A stretch of 36,424 bases of DNA, taken from assembly GCA_036149055.1 (NCBI GenBank), contig JAYZQJ010000117.1:1-36424 (forward strand), written 5' to 3'. The DNA comes from Myxococcota bacterium. Lineage in GTDB: Bacteria > Myxococcota_A > Polyangia > Polyangiales > Sandaracinaceae. Of this stretch, positions 9,301 through 19,408 are shown one piece after another; positions within the stretch are counted from its first letter, which is position 1; each line of letters starts with the position of its first letter. Under the pieces are notes generated by a model, which saw only the letters and a program-made list of their open reading frames with translations, searched no databases and was not told where the DNA came from. Made by a program: the position numbers and the translations under genes.

Positions 9301-9503
9301 AGATCGACGCGGGCGAGCTCGACGCCGGGACGCCTGCGCCGGACGCGAGCGCGCGACGCGACGCCAGCCCCGGGGGTGAGCCAGGGACGCCCTCCGGCGG
9401 GTGCGGAGCCGTCGACGGATCGCCTTCGCCAGGGCCGACCTTCATCGCCTTCTCCCTCCTCCTGCTGGCGGCGCGGCGCCGGCGCGCCGCGCCTCGGCAC
9501 TGA
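6306..9503 (+). CDS. CRTAC1/ASPIC-UnbV-family FG-GAP repeat surface protein with Ig-like domains and MYXO-CTERM-like tail (1065 aa)
   Basis: Signal peptide MLSAQRLRPALVSLLVLAPSGAGAQ; seven D-x-D-x-D-G-x-x-D loops (DLDGDGRLD, DMDGDGDLD, DFDGDGDLD, DVDDDGDPD, DLDADGRDD, DFDRDGWAD, DVDADGDPD); ASPIC-like AVGARVT...GGGSF...VRWPSG; repeated RDxxGxP Ig-like motifs; C-terminal GGC-x-hydrophobic-RRRR. Confidence 0.88.
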   Translation: MLSAQRLRPALVSLLVLAPSGAGAQGFTDVSAALGTDTGARPAPDSVAGGVSMVDLDGDGRLDLLWTALDAPVVFHQRSDGTFARRDDVLVPAGPIEAGGNLPFDMDGDGDLDVLLLGTGADALLRNEGGLVFTDVSRTHLPGLERWSSAAAPADFDGDGDLDVYVTGYIETLEYPRHVCAPDMLLVNDGEGRFTDVAPEIGTDSAGCGLAVVTHDVDDDGDPDVLVVNDFGMFVLPNRVFRNDGPSGPAALSFSERSAELGFDNRLYGMGVAVGDLDADGRDDLVASSIGRPAALLARGGGFADRTRALGADVVFSSDGYQATWGVAVEDFDRDGWADVVMAGGRVIASNFASTGAYQPNVVMRGGPTGLALDPPGWGLAPRGTGRGLAVGDVDADGDPDIAIGQTDGTIALHRNDFPSTAPLRLRLRATETAAAAVGARVTASCDGAIRVAGGVGGGSFAGASDPALRVSFPPPCDVPGRTVDLRVRWPSGYTQTATATTGGALTITEPDWLQAEPGRVVLRPTDANGSPWPAGARVLVRPDGAAPIVASPVPDGSFEATWASGAGPTRVDLEIEGRAWGAHPIVEPPLHRLRVVPGRPVVGAPARAVVSGAPPHAVVRVRHAGETTPLTYDGDGQHTGDLRFDAEGDTVLTLVVDGAEVASSPVHVAGVVDRARSFVRHQSLVQLGAPFLVVRGALRDVNGRPVEVPRSAIALTADGVALTPLTSTSAGGVFEIGLNTSALADDALVQLWVHGAAFGSPARLRRLSSADEVRRHVSPAHSDCAPAMETMRPDGQDVLHFLVFLRDAHGEPLPDLGTAPQLVGDLAPLPEPVVRFDNHYLQRVRATRTPGEATMHVEWYGERVGVSCQVTLEGAPRGTPSELHGTLRARPSELDVAIPEQHATLTWEPRDDHRRLMGSGLAGAVWRTTLGVWRSPVEYEGFGRYRRTLGPDRHGGIDAVTVTVGGAVSGATVRIAGPPAPDAGVSPDAGPRVDAGPEIDAGELDAGTPAPDASARRDASPGGEPGTPSGGCGAVDGSPSPGPTFIAFSLLLLAARRRRAAPRH

Positions 9504-9605
9504 AATCGGCTCTGCGCGCATTCCCGCTTGCGCGCGCGACTTCGCGACCGGTACAAGCCCCACCGAGTGGTGGACGGAAGGTGTGGTGTGCTCTGAGACC
9601 ACCGG

Positions 9606-11723
<2,118 letters not shown>

Positions 11724-11806
11724 GCGATGGCGCTCCTCGAGGGCCGCGCCTTCCCCGGCGCGGCCCTCGTCGTGCGCGCCCCTACGGCAGGGTCGAGTTC
11801 GCGAAG

Positions 11807-12433
11807 ATGACGAGCCTCCACCGCTCCGCGGGCGTCTTGTTGCTGGCGCTCACCGGCTGCGCCACGCCGGCGCCCCGGGCCGACGCGGACGCCGCACCAC
11901 CGCCGGCGCTCGACGCGGCGCGCGCGGAGGTCGACGCGTCCACGCCCCGAGACGCCTCGACGCCCGGCCCCGTCGACGGCGGAGCCGCGCGACTGGTGCT
12001 CGGTCGCTGCGTGAAGCCGTCGGGTGAAGACTGCGCCGGTGACACGGAGGACGGGCGGTTCGTGCCGATCGACGCCGAGTCGGTCGTGCCCATCGTCATC
12101 GGCTTTCAGGGCAGCCCCATGTTCGTCCTCGCGCTGGAGGCGCGAGGCATCGACCCCGGCGACCCGGACGCTCCCCTCGGGACGGACAACCCCTTCGTCG
12201 AGCTCCAGGTGTTCGACGACGCCGGGCGTCAGGTCGCGGGCTATCGCGATCGCGCGCCGCTACAGCCGGAGCCGGGCGGCGGCGTCGGGCTCTCCCATTT
12301 CGTGGTGCTCGAGCTCGCCACCTCCGAGGTGGAGGGCGCGCCGCTCCGGGCGGACGCCTGGCTCCGGGACCGCTACGGCGTGGAGATCGCGGCGTCGGCT
12401 CGGTTCGTGGCCGGCCCCGCGCCTCGAGAGTGA
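11807..12433 (+). CDS. Hypothetical lipoprotein (208 aa)
   Basis: MTSLHRSAGVLLLALTGC lipobox; DA(S/A)-rich linker; beta-rich domain with VPIVIGFQG. Confidence 0.75.
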   Translation: MTSLHRSAGVLLLALTGCATPAPRADADAAPPPALDAARAEVDASTPRDASTPGPVDGGAARLVLGRCVKPSGEDCAGDTEDGRFVPIDAESVVPIVIGFQGSPMFVLALEARGIDPGDPDAPLGTDNPFVELQVFDDAGRQVAGYRDRAPLQPEPGGGVGLSHFVVLELATSEVEGAPLRADAWLRDRYGVEIAASARFVAGPAPRE

Positions 12434-13644
12434 GGCCCATCGGCCTCGGCGGCGAGGAGCCGCGCGAGCAGCCGATCCGCGAGCCGCGTGGAGTCGCGGA
12501 GCTGCGCCGGGTCCACGCGGTCGGCGGTGTCGTCGGGGTGATGGTAGTTCCGCGGCGCGTGCTGCTCCGGATCGATGCAGGTCAGCGCGAGCGCGTCGTA
12601 GCCCTCGACCAGGAACGGCAGCGCGTCGGTCCCGCCGGCCGGCACCGGGTAGCGCGCCGGCTCGGGCAGGCCCGCGTCCCGCGCCGCACCGCGCACCTCG
12701 GCGGCGAGCGCGCCCGGGATGGGGACGCGGAACAGCTCGCCCTCCTCCAGCATGAACAGGCGCCCGTTCGACAGGGTGTCGAGCGCGAACACGGCGGTGC
12801 GCTCCCGCTCCCAGCCCATGGTGCGCGCGAGGTGGGCCGCCCCGCCGGTGCCCGCCTCCTCGGCGCCGGTGAAGGCGAAGACGAGCTCGACGTCGTCCGG
12901 GACGTCGCGCTCCGCCCACGCCTCCGCGAGGGCCACCAGCGCGGCGCAGCCGGTGAGGTTGTCGGCCGCGCCGGGGACGGGCTGGTTGCGCACGACGATC
13001 TCGGCGTTGATCACGAACACGAGGAGCGCAGGCACCGAGAGCGCGAGGGTGATCCATCCGGGCGCGACCCCGAGCAGCTCGACCGCGGCCAGCGCGAAGA
13101 GGCTCGCGAACGGGAGCAGGAGCTGCTTGCCGAGGAAGGGGAGCGCGCGCGGCGGCGGCGCGGCGATCCACTTCAGGATCGGCGGGTGGAACATGAGCCC
13201 GGTGAACGCCGAGTCGACGTGCGCCAGCAGGACCACGCGGCGCCGCAGGGGCGCGGTCGCCCTCCGGGTGACCAGGAGGTTCCGGGTCCGGACGGACGGC
13301 CAGAGCTTGCGCAGGACGTGACGACGGCGGACCGCCTCGGAGTAGAAGCTGAACGCCACCACGAGGTGACCGATCGCGGCGACCCAGCCGGGCGCGCCCA
13401 CCAGCGGCGCGGCGGCCAGCGCGAGCGCGAGGCCGAAGTGCAGCGCGAGGCTCCCGTAGATGTGCCGCGGGAAGCGGAACGGCCGCCGCTCCACCTCGTA
13501 GCGCGCCCCGCCGCCCGAGCGCTCCAGCCGCTCGGCGATGGCGTCGTGCGCGGCCCGCTCGCCTTCGGTGCCCGTCAGCCGCGTCGGCGCGAGGGAGGCG
13601 AGCCAGTGGAGCGCGGGGACCACGGCCTCGGCGGGGTCGGGCAT
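12373..13644 (-). CDS. Membrane-embedded M28 family metallopeptidase (~423 aa)
   Basis: Zn-ligand motifs LLAHVDSA, GAADNLTG, GAEEAG, ALDTL, YHHPDDT, with two pairs of TM helices inserted. Start MPDPAEAVV at 13644. Confidence 0.88.
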   Translation of the reverse strand: MPDPAEAVVPALHWLASLAPTRLTGTEGERAAHDAIAERLERSGGGARYEVERRPFRFPRHIYGSLALHFGLALALAAAPLVGAPGWVAAIGHLVVAFSFYSEAVRRRHVLRKLWPSVRTRNLLVTRRATAPLRRRVVLLAHVDSAFTGLMFHPPILKWIAAPPPRALPFLGKQLLLPFASLFALAAVELLGVAPGWITLALSVPALLVFVINAEIVVRNQPVPGAADNLTGCAALVALAEAWAERDVPDDVELVFAFTGAEEAGTGGAAHLARTMGWERERTAVFALDTLSNGRLFMLEEGELFRVPIPGALAAEVRGAARDAGLPEPARYPVPAGGTDALPFLVEGYDALALTCIDPEQHAPRNYHHPDDTADRVDPAQLRDSTRLADRLLARLLAAEADGPHSRGAGPATNRADAAISTP

Positions 13645-13871
13645 GCGAGACTGTCCCGCGCGGCACGAGGAGACGCCAGGACACCTCGCGACAACCCGGT
13701 GCCCGAAGGCGACACGACCGTCCGGGCGGCCGACCCGGCCGCCGACCTCGACGCGCACCTGGAGCGACTGTCGGGCGGCGTGTCGGAGGGTCGCTCGAGC
13801 GTGCTCGACACCACGCGCTCTTCGGAGCGACTGCGCGCTGTGCGCGGCGTCCCGCCGGCGAGGCGCGCGCA

Positions 13872-13984
13872 GTTTCCGGAGGGGGCATGCGCCCCCTCCC
13901 GCCCGACCGGCAAAGCCGGCTCGGGCTCCCACCCCATCTCGCGCGCTGACGCGCGCGGAAGCTGCGGCAATACTTGCCGCATCT
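13872..13984 (-). repeat. Dispersed structured repeat element, copy 1 (REP/MITE-like)
   Basis: Its reverse complement matches 36152-36270: 55-nt core 13886-13940 versus 36191-36245 has 2 mismatches. Three hairpins. Confidence 0.9.
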
Positions 13985-15736
13985 TCAGTCGTCTGAGCGG
14001 CTGAAGATCTGGTAGTGGTAGTCGCCGGCGCCGTCGGCGGCGGTGATCTGGATGCGGTGGGCGCCGCTCTGCTGGGCGCAGTGGCGGACCGACGGGAAGG
14101 CGTTGGCGCTGCCGTAGTCGCTGGCCAGCTGGGTGCCGCCGCGGGAGAGGGTCACGTCGAGGTCGTTGACGCCCTGGCCGCCGACCACGACCACCGCGTA
14201 GCACTGGCCCGCGGTCAGCTCGACGTCGTGCGAGGCGCTCTGCCCCTGCGAGCGGAGGCGGCCGTTGTCGGGCGTGAAGCCGGCGTCGGGCGCGTAGCCC
14301 TCGACCGAGAGCAGGGCGGTGACCTCGCTGAGGCGCACCCACTCGACGCCCTCGAGCCCGAACGGCCCGCGCGTGCCCCGCGGCCAGCGGTAGGGCGCGT
14401 AGACGTAGGAGCCCTGACCGGCCGCCATCACGACCTGCATGTAGTACATGCCGCTCGACTGCGGGCAGACGCGCACGGTCGGGCGCGCGTCGCCGGCGGT
14501 GTCGCGGTCGACCTCGCGGCCGGAGCCGTCGAGGAGGCGCAGATCCATGTCGCGCACCGCGGCGTCGCCGACCGCGAGGATGGCGTAGCAGCGGCCGCCC
14601 TCGAGCTGGATCTCGAAGCTGCGGTCGCCGCCCTGGGTGAGCTGCCCGGTGGTCTGGTCGCCGTAGCTCTCGTAGCCGCGGGCGCGCATGTCGGCGTCGA
14701 GCAGGGCGAAGTTCTCCTGCAGGCTCGCGCCGGCGGTCGAGGTGGACTCCATCACCTGCTGCGCCTGCTGCTGCTGGCCCTGCACGTAGCCGACGGTGAA
14801 GAGCGAGCCCTGGCCCTGGTGCATGCGCACCTCGAGGGCGTAGGAGCCGGTCGCCGGGGCGCAGTACTGGATGAGCGCGTCGCGATCGGTGCGCGCGTCG
14901 GCCTGCAGCCGGCTGCCGCTCGCGTCGAGCAGGAACACGTCGGTGTCGACCGCGCCCGGCCCGCCGAGGGTGGCGAAGGCGTAGCAGGTGCCCTGCTGGA
15001 GGTTGAGCTGGAAGTCGCGGGGGTCCTGGTTCTGCAGCACGAGGCCGGCCGGCTGCCCGACGCGGGTGTAGCCCTGCTGCTGCATCTGCTGGTCGAGGCC
15101 CTGGAGGCGCTGCTGGGTCTGCGCGTCCATCTGCGCGACCTGCGGGCCGCTCTCGGCGCGCTCGCCGAAGAAGCTCGACAGCTCCATGCGCCGGTTCGCC
15201 GGGCCGCCGTAGGGCGCGAAGAAGTAGCCGCCCGAGCCGCCCGCCATCTGCACGCGGGCGATGAAGCGGCCGGCGGCGTTGGCGCAGAAGCTCACCCACG
15301 GGTGGTTGTCCGGCCGCACGTTGTGCGCGGCGGGGCGCCCGTAGGGGTCGAGCACGATCATGTCGATGTTCTGACCCTGCTGCTCGCCGATGACCGTCAG
15401 CGTGTAGCAAGCGTTCGCCTGCGCATCGACCGCGTAGGCGATGAGCCCGTTCGTCTGCAAGTTGCCGTGCACGGCGGGGCCGGTGGGCGTGTAGCCCTGC
15501 TGCCGCAGCACGCCATCGAGCTGGTCGAGCTGCTCGCGCGGGCTCCCGCTCGCCACCACCCCGGTCGCCGCGACCGTCTGGCCGCCGCCGGTGGTCGTCG
15601 TCTGCGGGTTGCCGCCCTGGCCGGGCTGCCAGCGGCGGCGCGGGGAGGCGCACGCGGCGATGCCCAGGCTCGCCCCGACGACGAGCGCGGACAGCGAGAG
15701 GGGCAAGAGAGCGCGGAGAAGGAAGGTGCGGGTCAT
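13985..15736 (-). CDS. Lipoprotein with four tandem PPC-like beta-sandwich repeats (583 aa)
   Basis: MTRTFLLRALLPLSLSALVVGASLGIAAC lipobox; four ~110-aa units sharing GY...CY...G...D(L/M/T)...G...C...G(G/Q/A)G; Gln-rich linkers. Confidence 0.8.
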   Translation of the reverse strand: MTRTFLLRALLPLSLSALVVGASLGIAACASPRRRWQPGQGGNPQTTTTGGGQTVAATGVVASGSPREQLDQLDGVLRQQGYTPTGPAVHGNLQTNGLIAYAVDAQANACYTLTVIGEQQGQNIDMIVLDPYGRPAAHNVRPDNHPWVSFCANAAGRFIARVQMAGGSGGYFFAPYGGPANRRMELSSFFGERAESGPQVAQMDAQTQQRLQGLDQQMQQQGYTRVGQPAGLVLQNQDPRDFQLNLQQGTCYAFATLGGPGAVDTDVFLLDASGSRLQADARTDRDALIQYCAPATGSYALEVRMHQGQGSLFTVGYVQGQQQQAQQVMESTSTAGASLQENFALLDADMRARGYESYGDQTTGQLTQGGDRSFEIQLEGGRCYAILAVGDAAVRDMDLRLLDGSGREVDRDTAGDARPTVRVCPQSSGMYYMQVVMAAGQGSYVYAPYRWPRGTRGPFGLEGVEWVRLSEVTALLSVEGYAPDAGFTPDNGRLRSQGQSASHDVELTAGQCYAVVVVGGQGVNDLDVTLSRGGTQLASDYGSANAFPSVRHCAQQSGAHRIQITAADGAGDYHYQIFSRSDD

Positions 15737-15834
15737 GAACGTCCTCGGCCGCGGGCCTGCGGCTGCGGGGATACGACGCCGTTCGCCGCCCCCCTCTTCA
15801 ATCGGACCTCGGGTATCACGCGCCGACAGCGCCA

Positions 15835-16818
15835 TCAACCGGAGGAGAGCAGCCAGATCAGCCCCATCACGCTGACCGCGAACACCACCGAGGCGAGCAC
15901 GTAGATGACCATGTCGGCGGTGCTCACCCCCCGCTTGGGGGGCGGCCGGATCGCGATCGGGGCCGGCTCGGTGTCGCCGAGGATCGGCGCCTCGGCGTCG
16001 TCGGGATCGGCGGGCTCGGGCGGCGGGGGCGGCGCGATCTCCTCCCAGCTGGGCGGCTCGACCGCCTCGTCCTCGACCGACTCGAGCGCCTCGACGTGGG
16101 CCGCGGCCGGGTCCTCGAAGCGGAGCACGGTCTGGCCGATCTGGAGCTCGTCGCGGTCGGAGAGGATGCGCTCGGTGACCTTGCGCTGCCCGAACAGCAC
16201 GCCGTTCTTGCTCCCGAGGTCGCGCACCACCACGCCGTCGAGGCCGACCTCCAGCTCGGCGTGCTCCCGCGACGCGTCCGAGTCGGGCAGGCAGAGCTCG
16301 CACTCCTCGCCGCGCCCGATCCGGACCCGCGCCGGGGCGGGGGGCAGGGTGAAGACCTCGCCCTCGCGCGGGCCGTTGAGGATGGCGACGAAGGGCTCGA
16401 GCGTCTCCTCGATGGGGAGCGTCTCGCGGGCCAGCCGCCGCGCGAGCGACGACGTCTTCTCCGCCGAGGTCGAGCGGGTGGTGGTGACCCCGGACTGGAA
16501 GTGGATGGCGAAGCCGCCGACCTCGATCCGGTCCCCATCGCGCAGCGGCTTCGGCCGGTCGGGCACGATGCGCACCCCCTGCACCCGGGTCCCGTTGGTG
16601 GCGCCGTGATCGACGACCACGTAGCGGGTGCCGTCGAGCTCGATCGACGCGTGCCGCACGCTGACCGCGCGGTGGGGGAGCCGCACGTCGGCGCCGCGGC
16701 CCCGGCCGATGACGACGCGAGACTGATCGAACTCGTAGACGGCGTCGTCGACGGAGCCCCCTTCTCCGCCCGCGGCGCGGGCCGCCCAGCACGAGCGGAC
16801 GAGGAGGCGGACGCCCAT
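15835..16818 (-). CDS. Tandem FHA-domain protein with C-terminal membrane anchor (327 aa)
   Basis: FHA1 IGRG...VSVRHA...TNGT; FHA2 IGRG...ASREHA...SKNG; acidic/Pro linker; terminal TM IYVLASVVFAVSVMGLIWLLS. Confidence 0.92.
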   Translation of the reverse strand: MGVRLLVRSCWAARAAGGEGGSVDDAVYEFDQSRVVIGRGRGADVRLPHRAVSVRHASIELDGTRYVVVDHGATNGTRVQGVRIVPDRPKPLRDGDRIEVGGFAIHFQSGVTTTRSTSAEKTSSLARRLARETLPIEETLEPFVAILNGPREGEVFTLPPAPARVRIGRGEECELCLPDSDASREHAELEVGLDGVVVRDLGSKNGVLFGQRKVTERILSDRDELQIGQTVLRFEDPAAAHVEALESVEDEAVEPPSWEEIAPPPPPEPADPDDAEAPILGDTEPAPIAIRPPPKRGVSTADMVIYVLASVVFAVSVMGLIWLLSSG

Positions 16819-16937
16819 GTCACGTCGATATCACGAGCCGACGGTTCTGCCGAAAACTGGACGAATCGGGCGCGGCCCTGCATCGAATCGGGTTGCTCGC
16901 CGGCGTGGGCTTCGTTCGCCGGCCGAGGGAGGACGAC

Positions 16938-18758
16938 ATGCGAACCGGTACCGATCGACGCGCGCACGATGCACCGCGAGTTCCCCTGGATCTCTGGGTC
17001 CGGCTGGCCCACGAGGACTACGAGGACACCTTCGACGCCGACGGTGTGGACCTCAGCCCCGGTGGGCTGGCCCTGAGGAGCGACTTCCTCCCCGAGGTCG
17101 GCGACCGGCTGCGCTGCCGGTTCGACTCCCCGGTGGGACACGACGGCGACGTGCTCGACGTCGAGGGCGAGGTGGTCTGGGCCCACGACGCCGGAGAGCG
17201 GAGCGGCGAGTTCGGGCTGCGCTTCGGCGGGCTCGACGGTGACGCCGAGAGCAACCTGCGCGACATCGTCGCCCAGCTCGGCGGGGCGCCCTCGCGGCCC
17301 CTGGCCCGGCTGCACCTCGACGGGGTGGCCACGCCGGTCGAGGCGGAGATCACCGAGCAGGACGACACCTGGATGGTCGCCGAGCAGGAGCTGCCCTTCC
17401 TGCGCATCGGCATGGGCGTCGCGGTCGAGGGCCCCGGCGGGCCGCCCCGCGGGCGCCTCGCGTCGGTCGACCTGCGCATCGAGGACGGCGTGCCGCGCCT
17501 CGTCCTCGGGGTGGAGCGGGAGCGCGAGGAGAGCTCGACGCTCGACGAGGCGGACCGCGCGACCTTCGACGGTCGTCAGGAGCTCGCGCCCCCCGCGCCG
17601 GCCGCGGTCGAGGCGACGCTCCAGGACTTCGAGCTGCCGGCGGCGCTCCGCGGCGCCGTCGAGGAGCCGGCGGTCGAGGACGAGCCGGCGGCCGACGAAG
17701 AGATCGAGGACGAGCTCGAGGCCCGGGAGGCGCCGGCGGCGCGCGTCGAGCGTCAGCCGGTCCAGGTCTTCGCGACCGCGCAGGAGGAGGCCGAGGACGA
17801 CGCCGAGCCGTCGATCGAGACCGCCGGCGAGGACGCGGCCTGGAAGGAGCGGGTGGCCCCGGCCCTGGCGGCGGCGAAGGAGAAGCTCGCCACGCTCTCG
17901 GAGCGGGCGAAGCCGGCGCTGATCGCGTTCTGGGCGACGGTCGTCACCTTCGCCAAGCGGCTGGCCGACAAGGGCGGGCCGAAGAGCAAGGCCGCGCTCT
18001 CGTCGGCGAAGGCGGGGCTCGCGGTCGTCTGGACCAAGGCGACGGCGAAGATCCGCAAGCCGAAGCGTCGCACCACCGCCGCGCCGCGCCGCACCACGGC
18101 CGCGCCCCGCAAGCGTCGACGTCAGGGCGCCCAGGAGGAGGCGGCCCCCGCGCCCAGGAAGAGCCGGCGGCGCGTGATCGCGCTCTCGGTGCTCGCCTTC
18201 GCCGGGGTCGGGACCGCGGTCTACGCCCTCTCGGGCGAAGAGGCGCCCGCGCCCGAGGTCGCCGCGCCCGCGCCGGCCCAGGCCGCGCCGGTCGAGCCTG
18301 CGCCGGTCGAGCCCGCGCCGATCGAGGCGGCGCCCACGCCGGTGGAGGCCCCGCCGGTCGAGGCCGCCCCCGCCGAGCCCGAAGGCGGCCGCCTCGGTGA
18401 GCCCACCTACCCGACGCTGGCCGACACCACCGCGACCCCGAGCGGCCCCGTCACCGAGGGCAGCTCCTTCGGCAGCGAGTCGGTCGCCGACGGCCGGAGC
18501 GCCACCCTGCACATGAGCAACCCGGTCACCACCCTGCGCGGGCAGCGCCTGCCCGACGGCTTCACCGTGACCATCCCCGGGGCGCTCTCCAACGACCCGG
18601 CCGGCCCGATCGCCGCCGCCAACCCCTCGATCGAGCGGGCGATGATCCTCAACCGCGGCGATCACTCGGTCCTGACGGTCCGCTTCGTCGCCGGCCGCAA
18701 CCCCGACTACCGCGTCGTGGCCCGCGGCAACACCGTCGAGGTCACCGTCGGACGGTGA
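16938..18758 (+). CDS. PilZ-domain membrane protein with extracytoplasmic AMIN-like domain (606 aa)
   Basis: GGAGG RBS before ATG 16938; DRRAHDAPRVP...DLSPGG...VEGEVVW...FGLRF PilZ pattern; acidic then basic low-complexity linker; TM VIALSVLAFAGVGTAVYAL; Pro/Ala linker; C-terminal beta domain. The AMIN call is tentative. Confidence 0.8.
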   Translation: MRTGTDRRAHDAPRVPLDLWVRLAHEDYEDTFDADGVDLSPGGLALRSDFLPEVGDRLRCRFDSPVGHDGDVLDVEGEVVWAHDAGERSGEFGLRFGGLDGDAESNLRDIVAQLGGAPSRPLARLHLDGVATPVEAEITEQDDTWMVAEQELPFLRIGMGVAVEGPGGPPRGRLASVDLRIEDGVPRLVLGVEREREESSTLDEADRATFDGRQELAPPAPAAVEATLQDFELPAALRGAVEEPAVEDEPAADEEIEDELEAREAPAARVERQPVQVFATAQEEAEDDAEPSIETAGEDAAWKERVAPALAAAKEKLATLSERAKPALIAFWATVVTFAKRLADKGGPKSKAALSSAKAGLAVVWTKATAKIRKPKRRTTAAPRRTTAAPRKRRRQGAQEEAAPAPRKSRRRVIALSVLAFAGVGTAVYALSGEEAPAPEVAAPAPAQAAPVEPAPVEPAPIEAAPTPVEAPPVEAAPAEPEGGRLGEPTYPTLADTTATPSGPVTEGSSFGSESVADGRSATLHMSNPVTTLRGQRLPDGFTVTIPGALSNDPAGPIAAANPSIERAMILNRGDHSVLTVRFVAGRNPDYRVVARGNTVEVTVGR

Positions 18759-18771
18759 GCACGCTCACTGG

Positions 18772-18798
18772 CGTTTCCTGACATATCGTCAGGAAACG
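18772..18798. promoter_or_regulatory. Probable TetR operator (11-bp perfect inverted repeat, 5-nt spacer)
   Basis: cgtttcctgac-atatc-gtcaggaaacg, AT-rich for this genome, ending 13 nt before the TetR start. Confidence 0.7.
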
Positions 18799-18811
18799 TC
18801 ATGCTCTCCCG

Positions 18812-19408
18812 GTGGCTCGCCCACCCCAGCCGGAGAAGCGCCTCGAGCTCGCGCGACACGCGATCGAGGTCATGCAGCGCGAGGGCGTCGACGTGCCGAT
18901 GAAGCGTCTCGCGGAGGCGCTCGGCGTCAAGCGCCCCACGCTGCTCTATCACTTCCCGAGCCGCGGCCACATCGTCGAGACGGCGCTCGAGGACCTGCTC
19001 ACCGAGCAGGCGGTGTTCGTGCTCGCGCGGATCGCCGAGCACGAGCACCCGGTGCGCCGCCTCGACGCGCAGATGCGCGCCGTGCACGCCTTCCACGACG
19101 GGCGCGAGGCGCGGCTCGTGTTCCTGATGCAGGCGCTGGCCGCGTGCGGTCGCGAGCGGATGGCCGCGATCATCGACGTCGGCAACCGCGTGTTCGAGCC
19201 GCACCGACGGGCCGCGGTCGCCGCGCTCCGGGCCGGCGTGGAGGCGGGCACCGTCGCGCCCCACGACCCGGAGGCGCTGATGGCGCTGCTCCGGGCCACC
19301 ATCGACGGCCTCGTCGTGCAGCGCACGATGACCGGGCTCGCGCTCGGCCCGGTCCAAGACCTCTTCTTCGAGCGCGTGCTCGAGCCCCTGATCCTGGAGA
19401 CCGAATGA
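18812..19408 (+). CDS. TetR/AcrR family transcriptional regulator (198 aa)
   Basis: N-terminal HTH MARP...REGVDVPMKRLAEALGVKRPTLLYHFPSR; typical C-terminal ALLRATIDGLVVQ; GTG start. Confidence 0.93.
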   Translation: MARPPQPEKRLELARHAIEVMQREGVDVPMKRLAEALGVKRPTLLYHFPSRGHIVETALEDLLTEQAVFVLARIAEHEHPVRRLDAQMRAVHAFHDGREARLVFLMQALAACGRERMAAIIDVGNRVFEPHRRAAVAALRAGVEAGTVAPHDPEALMALLRATIDGLVVQRTMTGLALGPVQDLFFERVLEPLILETE

